Positions 39,501 through 52,916 of a stretch of 64,000 bases of DNA are shown piece after piece. Position 1 is the stretch's first letter. Every line of letters starts with the position of its first letter. The notes below the pieces were generated by a model, which was not told the origin of the DNA, made no database searches, and worked only from the letters and a program-made list of their open reading frames with translations. Source of the stretch: Nemertoderma westbladi (taxonomy: Eukaryota; Animalia; Xenacoelomorpha); NCBI GenBank assembly GCA_032718475.1, contig JAUCBJ010002317.1, positions 18,564-82,563 on the forward strand, in the 5' to 3' direction. The translations under genes and the position numbers were made by a program.

Positions 39501-42500
39501 TAGGCTAGTGAGATTCAGGATATTGCGTTTAATATAAAAATCAAAAACGCTATCAAATTCCGTAAAGGCATTAATAAAATACTGCAACTTTTTTGAAATT
39601 TGTAAAATTCTAGAACTAGAAAAAATTAATTTTTGAACGGTGCTGTTTGGGGTTTCGAAAAATGAATAGGCCTAAAGAGGACGTCGAATTAAGTTGAAAA
39701 ATAAAAACCCCATCGAATTTGGACAAAGCGTTCCGGAGTTATAGCGGATCGAAAAAAATTGACCCCCCCCCCAGTCGCCAAAAATTTACAGTAATTTAAA
39801 ATTTTGCAAAAAAAATTTTTTGCGTTATTTTTGATGGCGAATCGATTGGCAGTACTGGCTACAAAAAATTTTTTTTGAAATTTTTGGTCAGAAAAAAAAA
39901 CATGGAAAAAGTATCTTTTTAAAAAGATTTGATGTCTTTGCCTATGGTCAGAGAATGATCCAACTCTGTAACTTGGCAATCGCTCAAATCCATTCAGCTG
40001 AATGGCACAGTAGAGTAAACTAAAGTAAATTCCCTATACAATGTTCTGAAGGGGAGACTGACAGAGTAATCCAACAATAAAACATTTTGCAATAATGTTG
40101 GCATTAATGTAGCCAACACACTACTGCATACTAAACCGTCATTCAGCTTACATTAGCAGAGGGAGAAACTTGGATACTCAACTAGAATGCATTGGGAAGA
40201 GTTATTCAGCTGAGGCAATAATAGATTTCAAACTAAACCAACCAGTTTATATTTGCTTTGACAGGGCCTAAACAAACAGTATGGGTGTACTGAGTACAAT
40301 AATCTTGGCAACCTCATCGATTTATACTAAGCCTTGTGTAGAAATCCATTACATAAGCCATTTTTCATCACGACACCAGCTGTTATTGGTGTTATTTTAC
40401 CATTGCGCCTATGGCGTTTTTTCGTTTATGTCTATTTTTCGAGCCCACGGCTCATGGACGAAATAGCGGAACATACCAGGGACCTTAGAATCGCGGTATC
40501 CAGCCGCTGTGAAAATTTCATCAAAATCGTTAGAGTAGTTTTGGCTATAGATTAGCCAGTCAGCCAGTCAATCAGCCAACAATTCTTACAGTAATGAACC
40601 TCTCGGTTCCTGACTAGTGACGGGCCTAGCGGCCCGATAAGGAACCGACTTTTTATTTCAAATAAAAGAGACAACGAGAATTAGTATAAAACTAATAATT
40701 ATGTAAAAATACAATCATATTTTATACAATAAATATTAATAAATTCGATTTATTATTAGTTGCTCAATTCTAGAACAAAATCGACCTGCAACTAGTGAAG
40801 ACCTCGTTTTGGAATTTAGAAACCACGCTGGGGCGATGCGCAATTTCGTGTTTAGTTAATAAAGTGAAAACTCCATCAATTCATGTGCAACCAGTAATAC
40901 GAAATTGCGATAAATGTAATTTGAATAAAAATTATTCTAGAAAAATTTTCCTCAAAAAGTATGAAGTCTTGGCATTGGTGACGCGAAACTAGGCTAGTGA
41001 GATTCAGGATATTGCGTTTAATATAAAAATCGAAAACGCTATCGAATTCCGTAAAGGCGTTAATAAAATACTGCAACTTTTTTGAAATTTGTAAAATTCT
41101 AGAACTATAAAAAAATAATTTTTGAACGGCGCTGTTTGGGGTTTCGAAACATGGATAGGCTGAAAGAGGACATCGAATTAAGTTGAAAAATTAAAACCCC
41201 ATCGAATTTGGACAAAGCGTTCCGGAGTTATAGCGGATCGAAAAAAATTGACCCCCCCCAGTCGCCAAAAATTTACAGTAATTTAAAATTTTGCAAAAAA
41301 AATTTTTTGCGTTATTTTTGATGGCGAATCGATTGGCAGTACTGGCTACAAAAATTTTTTTTTGAAATTTTTGGTCAGAAAAAAAAACATGGAAAAAGTA
41401 TATTTTTTAAAAGATTTGATGTCTTTGCATATGGTCAGAGAATGATCCAACTCTGTAACTTGGCAATCGCTCAAATCCATTCAGCTGAATGGCACAGTAG
41501 AGTAAACTAAAGTAAATTCCCTATACAATGTTCTGAAGTGGAGACTGACAGAGAGTAATCCAACAATAAAACATGTTGCAATAATGTTGGCATTAATGTA
41601 GCCAACTCACTGTGTACTTAACAGTCATTCAGCTTACATTAGCAAAGTGAGATATTTCCATAGATTGCATTGGGAAGAGTAATTCAGCTGAGGCGATAAT
41701 AGATTTCAAACTAAACCAACCACCAGTCAATGTTTGCTTTGACAGAGAGTGCAGGGCCTAAACAAACAGTATAGGTGTACTAAGTACAATAATCTTGGCA
41801 ACCTCATCGATTTATACTAAGCCTTGTGTAGAAATCCATTACATAAGCCATTTTTCATCATGACACCAGCTGTTATTGGTGATATTTTACCATTGCGCCT
41901 ATGGCGTTTTTGCGTTTATGTCTATTTTTCGAGCCCACGGCTCATGGACGAAATAGCGGAACATACCAGGGACCTTAGAATCCGGTCAGCCAGCCGATGT
42001 GAAAATTTCATCAAAATCGTTAGAGTAGTTTTGGCTATAGATTAACCAGCCAGCCAGCCAGTCAATCAGCCAACAATTCTTACAGTAATGAACCTCTCGG
42101 TTCCTAACTAGTGACGGGCCTAGCGGCCCGATAAGGAACCGACTTTTTATTTCAAATAAAAGAGACAACGAGAATTATTATAGAACTAATAATTATGTAA
42201 AAATACAATCATATTTCATACAATAATTATTAATAAATTCGATCTATTATTAGTTACTCAATTCTAGAACAAAATCGACCTGCAACTAGTGAAGACCTCG
42301 TTTTGGAATTTCGAAACTACGCTGGTGCGATGCGCGATATCGTGTTTAGTTAATAAATTGAAAACTCCATCAATTCATGTGCAACCAGTAATAAGAAATC
42401 GCGATAAATGTAATTAAATAAAAATTATTCTAGAAAAATTTTCCTCAAAAAGTATGAAGTCTTGGCGTTGGTGACGCGAAACTAGGCTAGTGAGATTCAG

Positions 42501-43538
42501 GATATTGCGTTTAATATAAAAATCGAAAACACTATCGAATTCCGTAAAGGCGTTAATAAAATACTGCAACTTTTTTGAAATTTGTAAAATTCTAGAACTG
42601 GAAAAAATTAATCTTTGAACGGCGCTGTTTGGTGTTTGGAAACATGGATAGGCTGAAAGAGGACATCGAATTAAGTTGAAAAATGAAAACCCCATCGAAT
42701 TTGGACAAAGCGTTCCGGAGTTATAGCGGATCGAATAAAATTTACCCCCCCCAGTCGCCAAAAATTTACAGTAATTTAAATTTTTGCAAAAAAAATTTTT
42801 TGCGTTATTTTTGATGGCGAATCGATTGGCAGTACTGGCTACGAAAAATTTTTTTTTGAAATTTTTGGTCAGAAAAAAAAACATGGAAAAAGTATATTTT
42901 TAAAAAGATTTGATGTCTTTGCCTATGGTCAGAGAATGATCCAACTCTGTAACTTGGCAATCGCTCAAATCCATTCAGTTGAATGGCACAGTAGAGTAAA
43001 CTAAAGTAAATTCCCTATACAATGTTCTGAAGGGGTGACTGACAGAGAGTAATCCAACAATAAAACATTTTGCAATAATGTTGGCATTAATGTAGCCAAC
43101 TCACTGTGTACGTAACAGTCATTCAGCTTACATTAGCAGAGTGAGATATTCCCATAGATGCATTGGGAAGAGTAATTCAGCTGAGGCGATATTAGATTTC
43201 AAACTAAACCAACCAGTTAATAATGTTTGCTTTGACAGAGAGTGGTGGCCTATACAAACAGTATGGGTGTACTGAGTATAATAATCTTGGCAACCTCATC
43301 GATTTATTACTAAGCCTTCTGTAGAAATGCATTACATAAGCCATTTTTCATCAGGACACCAGCTGTTATTGGTGTTATTTTACATTGCGCCTATGGCGTT
43401 TTTTCGTTTATGTCTATTTTTTGAGCCCATGGCTCATGGACGAAATAGCGGAACATACCAGGGACCTTAGAATCGCGGTATCTAGACGCTGTGAAAATTT
43501 CATCAAAATCGTTAGAGTCGTTTTGGCTGTAGATTAGC

Positions 43539-43577
<39 letters not shown>

Positions 43578-46009
43578 TCAACAATTCTTACAGTAATGAA
43601 CCTCTCGGTTCCTAAATAGGGGTTAATCATACTAGTGACGGGCCTAGCGGCCCGATAAGGAACCGACTTTTTATTTTATTAAATAAAAAGGACAACGAGA
43701 ATTAGTATAGAACTAATAATTATGTAAAAATACAATCATATTTCATACAATAATTATTAATAAATTCGATCTATTATTAGTTGCTCAATTCTAGAACAAA
43801 ATCGACATGCAACTAGTGAAGAACTCGTTTTGGAATTTCGAAACCACGCTGGTGCGATGCGCGATATCGTGTTTAGTTAATAAATTGAAAACTCCATCAA
43901 TTCATGTGCAACCAGTAATAAGAAATCGCGATAAATGTAATTAAATAAAAATTATTCTAGAAAAATTTTCTTCAAAAAGTATGAAGTCTTGGCGTTGGTG
44001 ACGCGAAACTAGGCTAGTGAGATTCAGGATATTGCGTTTAATATAAGAATCGAAAACGCTATCGAATTCCGTAAAGGCGTTAATAAAATACTGCAACTTT
44101 TTTGAAATTTGTAAAATTCTAGAACTAGAAAAAATTAAATTTTGAACGGCGCTGTTTGGGGTTTCGAAACATGGATAGACTGAAAGAGGACATCGAATTA
44201 AGTTGAAAAATAAAAACCCCATCGAATTTGGACAAAGCGTTCCGGAGTTATAGCGGATCGAAAAAAATTGACCCCCCCCATTCGCCAAAAATTTACAGTA
44301 ATTTAAAATTTTGCAAAAAAAATTTTTTGCGTTATTTTTGATGGCGAATCGATTGGCAGTACTGGCTACGAAAATTTTTTTTTGAAATTTTTGGTCAGTA
44401 AAAAAAACATGGAAAAATTATATTTTTAAAAAGATTTGTCTTTGCCTATGGTCAGAGAATGATCCAACTCTGTAACTTGGCAATCGCTCAAATCCATTCA
44501 GCTGAATGGCACAGTAGAGTAAACTAAAGTAAATTCCCTATAGAATGTTCTGAAGGGGAGACTGACAGAGAGTAATCCAACAATAAAACATTTTGCAATA
44601 ATGTTGGCATTAATGTAGCCAACACACTGTGTACATAAGTCATTCAGCTTACATTAGCAGAGGGAGTAACTTGTAGGTATTCCCATAGAATGCATTGGGA
44701 AGAGTAATTCAGCTGAGGCGATAATAGATTTCAAACTAAATCAACCAGTTAATATTTGCTTTGACAGAGTGTCCTAGGGCCTAAACAAACAGTATGGGTG
44801 TACTAAGTACAATAATATTGGCAACCTCATCGATTTATACTAAGCCTTGTGTAGAAATCCATTACATAAGCCATTTTTCATCACGACACCAGCTGTTATT
44901 GGTGTTATTTTACCATTGCGCCTATGGCGTTTTTTCGTTTATGTCTATTTTTCGAGCCCACGGCTCATGGACGAAATAGCGGAACATACCAGGGACCTTA
45001 GAATCGCAGTATCTAGCCGCTGTGAGAATTTCATCAAAATCGTTAAGAGTAGTTTTGGCTATAGATTAGCCAGTCAGCCAGCCAGTCAGCTAACAATTCT
45101 TACAGTAATGAACCTCTCGGTTCCTAATAAACAGCTGTGTAAATAAGTAACTTTAATACATTTAAATTGTGCCTTTATACCCCCCGACAATATAGAACGG
45201 CGGGGAATTAAATTTAACTTTATAGCGAACTTTATAGGAAAGGTGAATAAAGTAATAAAGAACCTTCAAAACATTGTTATACAAACATACAAAGGTGAAG
45301 TTTTTGGGCGGTGGGAAAATATCGCCACTTATGTTCATTGTATTAAACAGTTATCGTTTGTTAAATCGTAACCAAGTAATGATTTATAATTTTGAGCATT
45401 GTCCCACAATTAAAAAAGGAAATATACATGAACTAATTACTGTATATATAGAAATGTAAATGTCAAGAATCAATCTTTTCGTTACTGCCTCAGCATGTGC
45501 TTGGTTCAAATTACAGCTGGGTGCGCTGAAGCTGAGGCATAGTAGGCCATTAGAGTTTAACTTGCGATAGTTCCTCGTGACCCCAGTTGCTCGCATCAAT
45601 GAGCTGTGAACCATCGCTCTACATGTAGGCCTATTGTGTTTGATACTCACCCTAAGGTCACATACTTACTACAGTATGAGAACTACTGTATGTTTGGATT
45701 CATTAGAGTTTACTGATAAGGGCGGGCGAACTTGCGAAATTTGTCCCTCTCCAAGGAAAATCGATGTAAATAACAGCTGATTACTCCCAAAAATAAAACT
45801 GTAACCTGACCTATTGACTTTTCGTTTATTGTTTTGGTTAGAATAACGTGCCACTATAACCTGTTCCTTTCCCTTAATTGATAATTTGACATGGATTCGA
45901 GATATTAATTTACCGAGATGGGATTTGCGGAATCCCGACCCACCCTTTCTTGTCATCAAAATTTATGTGCGCCTGAAAAATGTTTTAGTTGTTATTTACA
46001 ACTTAAACA

Positions 46010-46272
46010 ATTGAATGGGAGAATCTTTCCGGCTTGTTAAGCCAAGGAATGCCTGTTTACCACCATGGGTGATCTTCCACAGAAAACCCTTCCACTCTGT
46101 TTCTCCAGTTGCCTTGGCTCCCATTTATCGACCACTGAAGGGTGAAAGCCGGGGTTGGGCTAGGCTGCAGCATTTAGAGCAATGTGCCCAAATAGTGCTG
46201 CCCCATCTAGGGATCGAACCAGGGCGAGGGCTACCTAATTGGAAGCCCAGGAATGTCACCACTAGACCAAGC
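46010..46272 (-). mobile_element. tRNA-derived SINE (degenerate)
   Basis: Minus strand TGGTCTAGTGG (A box)...GGTTCGATCCC (B box), then a CCCAACCCCGGC...GATAAATGGG core. The head matches 63537-63615. Confidence 0.65.
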
Positions 46273-46739
46273 TTAAACAATTAACATTCTGGTACAGTAA
46301 TTAAAATTATATCAGTAACACCATGAAACAATAATATCGCCTTGTAACAGTATTTAATTAACATAATTACTAGTATTCTTACTTGAAATAAAGGGTAAAT
46401 AAAAATACTTTTTATTTTAAATTGTTACTTTTTCGCTCGAATCCAAAAATCGCGAGAAAAAGTTGCACTTTTTCCCTTTAGCAAAATATAATATTTTCGG
46501 TTGAATTTATTAAATTTTATTTCATGTTTTGAAAGATCATCGACGTAGAAAAGGTTTGCACGTAATTTGAAGGTTAAAAAATGGCAGGGCGTGTCCATAG
46601 GACGAAATAGTACCCTCATATGGTCATACCAGGATAGTTGCTGTAAACAGCTTCACTGGGTCAGAAGTTTGTGAAGAGGCAATGTCTACAACATCGGAGT
46701 CGGAAAATAACATGAGTGATCGGATCTTATTCAACATTT

Positions 46740-47955
46740 GGAGAGAATTGGTAAACGAACCCTGTGACATACAAATACTGTAGCTGTAGGCGAAAAGAGA
46801 ATCACCGCGCACAGACGTCTCTTGGTACCGTTGACTGACTACTTCGAAGCCATGTTCTCTGGTAGATGGGCAGAAACCAACCAACCTGAGGTGAAAATCG
46901 GAGGTATAGACGCAGGCGTAAACGCAGACGCTGTTGATCATTAACTTCGCATACACATCATTAATAACGGTAAATGAGAACAATGTGAAGAAACTGGTGG
47001 CTGCTGCATCGCTACTCATGTTAAATGAGGTACACCGAAGGAGCTGCGAGTTCTTGGAGAACTACCTGGACCCGAGTAATTGTATTGGTTTCCAATCGAT
47101 TGCGGATAGTTATACATGTGAAGACCACTTGTGTGATGTCAAAAAGTTTACGATGCACCGCTTCCATAGTGTTATGCAGAATGACAATGACGAGTTTATT
47201 TTGTTGCCGGTTAAGAAACTGAAGGAGATAATTAGAAGCGACAGGTAGAATGTACGTTCTGAGGAGTAGCTGTTCACTGCTGTGATGAAATGGGTTGAGA
47301 GAAGTCCGGATTGAATTCGGCACAATGCCGAGCACAATGAGGAACCTTTTCCAATACTGCCCGAGTTGCTCAAACTCATTCGTATTCCGCTAATTAGATT
47401 GGCATTCCTAGAGGGAGCGGTGAAGACCAACCCTCTGATTTGTAATGACAATGAGTGTCTGAAACTGGTAGAAGATGCTAAGACATTCCGGATGGAGGGC
47501 TCATTGATCTCCGGTCCTTGGGTAGGGACCCATCCTCGGAAACCCCATACCCCTGTGCACGTTTGTTTGCTTTCAGTCAGAATAAAGGTGATATAGCTTC
47601 GTTGCATCGTTTTTTTATCCGGTGTGCTCATTCTCTGTAGAGCAATACATACCAGAGACTAATAAATGGCGATTGGTTGAACAAATTAATAAGCCCAGCT
47701 TTGGCATGAGAGTTGCTGTGCTCAATGGATTTATGTATAAGACTGGAGGCTCCAAACTGTTCCAGAAGTCGACCAATGGTATGACATGCCTCCAATGGGC
47801 ACACCTCGTATGAACCATCATGTTGCTGTGATGGATGGGTTGTTCTATGCGGTTGGGGGATATGGAAATTAAGAAGATCTCTCAACACCGTGGAGCATTA
47901 CGACCCCAAACACCAACAGCTGGACACGGGTTGCTTCAATGAAGAATTGTCGAGA
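46740..47955 (+). pseudogene. Kelch-like (BTB-BACK-Kelch) intronless pseudogene
   Basis: ITAHRRLL..DYFEAMFSG (BTB), NFAYTS...LDPSNCIG (BTB/BACK), SVEQYIPETNKW and VAVMDGLFYAVGG (kelch). In-frame stops (e.g. TAG 47246), frameshifts and deletions; no introns visible. Confidence 0.88.
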
Positions 47956-49188
47956 AATACTGTCAGGGGCCGTCCTGGATTATGCCAGTGGTGGCTTAAA
48001 TTATTTTATAAAATATATTATGAAGTGGGGGTCACCATTCTTTTAGATATGATTAATTGTTATATATTGATGACAATATCACCGTTCCCACGTATTTGTT
48101 GGAACTCCACCCATCGGTGTGGCTGAAGGACTGGAAGTCGAAGGAGCTTCTCCTCAGCAGTCTGATTACGGCTCCCTCCGACGAAACGTCGCAAACGCGG
48201 TCCTAAGAAGTAGAAAGTCCAGAAAAGAACATTTTATTTTTCTGTTACTTTATATTACATGAATTCTACTTTATAGGACCTATGTAAATGAAGTATATAT
48301 ATTTGTGTCCAGAAATGAACATTTTATTTTTTTTATTCATTTTATTTCTTAGCTTCGTTAATCGTTATTCGCCTGCACGATATAAGGTATCGTAGTAGAT
48401 ACCGGTAAGGAGACACAGTTGCTAATGAGGCGGAAAAGTCTTCGGAAAGGCGGAAAGTTCGACTTTCCGTCAAATATAAGAGACTACAGTCTCCCACATT
48501 TTGTGACCGGGTGTGCTGCAGCGCGGCTAATATCCTAAGGCTCAGGGGGGTGAATGGAGAGTGGTGGGGAGAGGACTAACGTGTTTCAGGGCCTCCACCT
48601 CCTGTACTGTACCGATACTGTAGGTAGTTGTACAGTTAGTACTGGTGCAGTGTTCTGCAACCTGTTCCTTTCCATCAATTGGTAAAGTGACCGTTTATTG
48701 TTTTGGTTAGAAAAGCCTGCCTCTGTAACCTGCTCCTTTCCCTCAATTGGTTTATGACGTGTGTTACTTTATATGAGGCCTACAGTATTAGCCTACTGTA
48801 TTATGTGGAGGCCCTCAAACACGTTAATCCCGGGAGAGAGAGAGAGAGATAGAGAGGGGGGGGGGGGGGGGGTTAACATGGATCCCGCATTTGAAATGCA
48901 CCCCTCATGCAGTCACTTTAATTAAGCCATGCCCCATTGTGTTGCGATTAGTAGAGATCACTTATTAGTACTGTAGATACCATGCCCCTTCACTAGCGTA
49001 CAGTTTTTGTAGTAGGCCTACCCAGTCAGCTAGTACCGGTACCGTTCAGCCGTTAAGCCCAGGTTCGACAGGCAGACAGGTCAGTTTACCGTTTCCCGTT
49101 TATACAGTATTAAGCCTACACGAACGCGTACGACGGTACGGTACAGATTGCTTCTGTCAGACTGTAGGTTGTTTAAACAGGTTAAAAA

Positions 49189-49266
49189 ATGAGGACTCTA
49201 CTTACAACAAGGGAAGTCAAAATACCTGCCAACGTCGATGTCGGCATTCATTCTAGGACGGTCAAG
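49189..49266 (+). CDS. RPL9: 60S ribosomal protein L9 (uL6), coding exon 1
   Basis: MRTLLTTREVKIPANVDVGIHSRTVK followed by donor GTTAGT; aligns by eye with the RPL9 N-terminus. Confidence 0.9.
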
Positions 49267-49650
49267 GTTAGTACCTGTACCTGGTTTCCAGTTTCGGTCG
49301 ATGATCAATGATACTGGTGTACTTCAACGTGTCTGCCGTCAGGCCGTGGGGTATTTGGGGTAATTTTAAACTATTTTGGGGTAGTTTTATAGGTTCTATT
49401 TTGGGGTCTTTGTGGTATTTTGGGGTAATTCGTAGGACCGTTTTACGGTCAGACGGTTACAGGCAGACAGGGTTAACAAAAAATTGATACAAAGCCAAGT
49501 GCCAAGGCTGCAAGGACAGAAGGAGAATTCGTCATGTTCGTAGAGCACTTGCGGACTGGCAGACTGGGGCACACCTATATAAAAATATTAAATAATAGGC
49601 CTATCACCCCCACGGGGCCAATGGTAGCCTAGGGCTTAAATGGTAATTTC

Positions 49651-51560
49651 GGTCCGACGAATCCTGGAATCTGTACAAAAAAGTTCAAAAAATACAAAAT
49701 AGTACAATATTGTAGGCCTACAAACAGACAAAAGAGTACAAACGGAAACGAGTGAGAAACGCCTACAAAACGTGTACCGGTCAGCCGGTATAATACCGTA
49801 CCAGTGTAGTATACAGTTATACACTACATCCGAAATATGCGCCGCTACAGTCAGACAGTGTCAATAGCGGCATTCAGGCAGTTCAGGCATTGGTTCTGTG
49901 GTCAAGTATGAAATGAAAATGATTGATAGAACTTTGATTCAAGTGGATTTTGACTGGCATACAGTAAAAGTTAGTAGGCTACTGTTCGTACAGTCGTATA
50001 ATACAATATACCGGGTAATGCAATATGGTCTGATGGTACATACATGCTATGCAGTGGGTAGATATAAACTCGCATAACTGAGACTCAAAATGTCTGAATG
50101 TAGGTCATAGTCTTATGTCTTAAAGTACCGGTACCGGTAGCCCTATATCTGTATATGGAATACTGACAAAAAGCGCGCCACACGCGTTCTGGTTAAACGA
50201 AAATCGCGCCACCCATGATATCTAATGCGCGCCAAGCCAACAATTGACTATGAAATTTTGAAGTAATTGCTTAATTGTAATAATTTATCAGTTTATAATG
50301 CTGTAGCCCTACAGTATTTTAGCATTAAAATGCGAGTGTAGCGAGCAAGGAAATTTTCCAATTATGTTAACATAAATCAGTAAATACAGTCTGACAGTAA
50401 TAGTGAGATAGTGCTGTAGTTGTAGTAGTAGTAGTAGTAGGTAAACGTCTACTGACTGTTTTTAAATGCAGATGTGATCAAGATGCGAGCGTAGCGAGCA
50501 CGAAAATTGTAACATTTCAGCATTTAAAGTAGGCAAAGCGACTGTTTTCAAATGTCAAATGCAGAAATGCAGATGTCATTAAATTGCGAGCTGGCGAGCG
50601 TAGCCACCACGGAAATTCTGCTGAATCATGCAGGCTATCATGGTTTTATTGGTTTGAAGAATCTGACAATTGAAAAACTTTTGAAACAAGTCATGTTTTT
50701 AATGGTCATGCTCAATCTGTCTGTTTCCATTTGTCCACAGCCAGACAGTGACAGTGCTAAGAGTAGGCTTACAGTATAAACGCGAGCGAAGCGAGCGGAC
50801 ATTTTTCAATCTTTTTAAACCTATAGAATAATTTCAAATAGAGCTGTAGAGTGGGATGTGTTGCCAGTGCACTGCTCTGCTACGCTACCTCCTACTGTCC
50901 TAACCTAACCTAACCCTACATCCATATTCGCGCCAGGACCGCCAGGATCCTCAATGCGCGCCACACGCCCCTGTCACTATGCGCCAGGATCCTTAATCCG
51001 CGCCACACGCCCCTGTCACTACGCGCCAGTATCCTTAATCCGCGCCACACATGTTGAGCAAACTCTACATAAATTCCAACCTGGCGCGGTAGCCCATATA
51101 CTGAAGGATAGACTGTACAGCCGTATGCCTGTATGCTACGTGTATAGACTACGTTATGTAGGCTATGTACGGTATGTAATGTATGCCTCTATCTAACAAT
51201 TTTATTGAGTTCTCCTGCAATCTTGCGTGCTTGACAGCTTGCAGCTTGGGACAGTTTTTTGTGTTTTTCGAACACAAAAAGCTGCATTAAACTCATACAG
51301 TCATAAGATTGTATTATTGTCATACTTTCTGCTAGATTAGCGCCCCGCTCAATGCGTGGCTCGCCCCACAATGCATTGTTTTATTTGGCACATCATGTGC
51401 GCCCCTCTACACGATTTGAACTACACCTTTATACCCGTTTTGCAAGCGTTTCTTACTCGTTTGTACTCTTTTGTACTATTTTTGCACTTTATTGTACTCT
51501 GTTGCACACTTTTGTACTATTTTGTATTTTTTGTACTTTTTTGTACAGATTCGTCGGACC
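49651..51560. mobile_element. MITE-like element with ~150-200-bp degenerate TIRs in RPL9 intron 1
   Basis: GGTCCGACGAATC...TGTACAAAAAAGT is mirrored by ACTTTTTTGTACAGATTCGTCGGACC. The interior has GCGAGCGTAGCGAGC and CGCGCCA repeats, probably a second nested element at about 50150-51100. Confidence 0.65.
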
Positions 51561-52569
51561 CGGTAGTTTCGTACATTATCATCTGGCCCTTCGGGCCAAT
51601 AGCAAAAAGTCGGAAATTCTACAACATTTCTTAGATTAGAGCCTCATGACTTAGGGTTAGCTGGTTCGGGTTAGGGTTAAATTACTGCAAACCCTAACCT
51701 AAAAAACAAACCAATATCCCAATCAGTACCTACATAACACCACAAAAAACCAAGCCATTAAGTAAGCCAAGTCAGCCAAGTAAAATAATGCTGTATTTTT
51801 TCCATATAAAAAGTGGCGCCTGTAGTGTGATAGAGCCGTACAGCCGTAGTTTGAGATTCATATTGGCAAAAAACAACCATTATGCGTCGTGTTGCCCGCT
51901 TAGTCACACGTCATATGAATGAGTTCAATACCTCATGTATATAATTGTATACAGTCCGGCATTCCGTTAAAAAAAATTTTTTTTTGAATTTTTTTTTACT
52001 CCCAAAATGCACATAGGTCTAACAGCTAACACATAAATAAATTTATTTAGGGAATAGGTAGGTTGCAGTTTAGTAAGAACGAAATGCCAGATTCTAACTG
52101 AGATAGCCAAGGCTAGTGTTTCATCCCCAGAGCTTAAGTAAGAGCTGGAAGAGAGAAAAGTACATTACACAGTACAGTACATACAGTTCTGCAGTTAGGT
52201 GTATGAGTGATTATTACATACAGTTATATGCATACATCTGGTATTTTCGTATTGCAAAATGAGACTAACATGTTATTGAGTTATCGTTTATTGTTTTGGT
52301 TGGAAAGGTTCAGACCAAAACGATAAACGATAATAAATGATGATAAACATAGGTGCCAGTCGTATTTTTGCAATACGAAAATACCAGAGGTGCGGATATG
52401 AACTGTAATTTATTTTTCTGCGATGATAGCCGTAAGAGTCCATTGAAAAGAAACGGCATACCACCATGGCAGCACGGGTTTACCTACATATTAATTCAGC
52501 CTAACCATATCATCTTATCAGAATATGTACCGTACCGTACCTGTTCCATCCGTAATGTTATACCCTTAG

Positions 52570-52746
52570 GTGAAAGGTCCTCGCGGCACTTTGGTAAAAA
52601 CCTTTAAACATCTAAAAGTTGAACTTCTTCTCAACAAAAAAGATCGTACAATAACGGTGAAGCAATGGTTTGGATCCCGGAAAGCTGTCGCTTGTGTGAG
52701 GACGTTGTGCAGCCACATCGAGAATATGTTTACTGGTGTCATAAAG
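52570..52746 (+). CDS. RPL9: 60S ribosomal protein L9, coding exon 2
   Basis: Acceptor CCCTTAG; VKGPRGTLVKTFKHLKVEL...VRTLCSHIENMFTGVIK; donor GTAAGT. Confidence 0.96.
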
Positions 52747-52770
52747 GTAAGTCTCTCTAAATCCAGCCCA

Positions 52771-52916
52771 TGACCAGCGGTGGCATACAGACCGAGTAAT
52801 GGCTGACACGTTCACGAGAGTCCCCTGTATCCGAACATTGCCGTCACGCAGATCCACGTAGGGTTTTGGGTTTGCTGGGTCTTTAACGATGAGTAGCACC
52901 ATTAACCCATACAATT
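52771..52916 (+). ncRNA. Possible intronic H/ACA-box snoRNA
   Basis: Two hand-folded hairpins followed by ACA-NNN, 146 nt long, in a ribosomal protein intron. The H box is imperfect. Confidence 0.25.

Larger units (their letters stand above)
10787..45127 (-). mobile_element. Head-to-tail tandem array of about 21 non-autonomous Helentron/HINE-like rolling-circle elements (main unit ~1.5 kb)
   Basis: Minus-strand unit: 5' TTAGGAACCGAGAGGTTC (subTIR plus hairpin), (CTGA/CTGG)n microsatellite, conserved core, then 3' TCGGTTCCTTAT-CGGGCC GCTA GGCCCG-TCACTAG. A-type 3' ends lie at + coordinates 10787, 13531, 15012, 17215, 19978, 24608, 26113, 27610, 29858, 31340, 32854, 34673, 36183, 37666, 39126, 40614, 42108, 43632. 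No TSD; A|T-like target. Confidence 0.85.

Noticed and set aside
48160-48225. Hammerhead ribozyme-like CTGATTA...GAAAC...GTC motif, perhaps a Penelope-like terminal remnant
   Set aside because: The core departs from CUGANGA, stems are poorly formed, and there is no adjacent coding remnant.
50899-51700. Telomeric repeats (CCTAA / TTAGGG)
   Set aside because: Only 2-4 units, within or beside MITE sequence.
52612-52914. Minus-strand 100-aa ORF with a faint carboxylesterase-like start
   Set aside because: Overlaps RPL9 exon 2 antisense, no downstream esterase motifs, similarity too weak.
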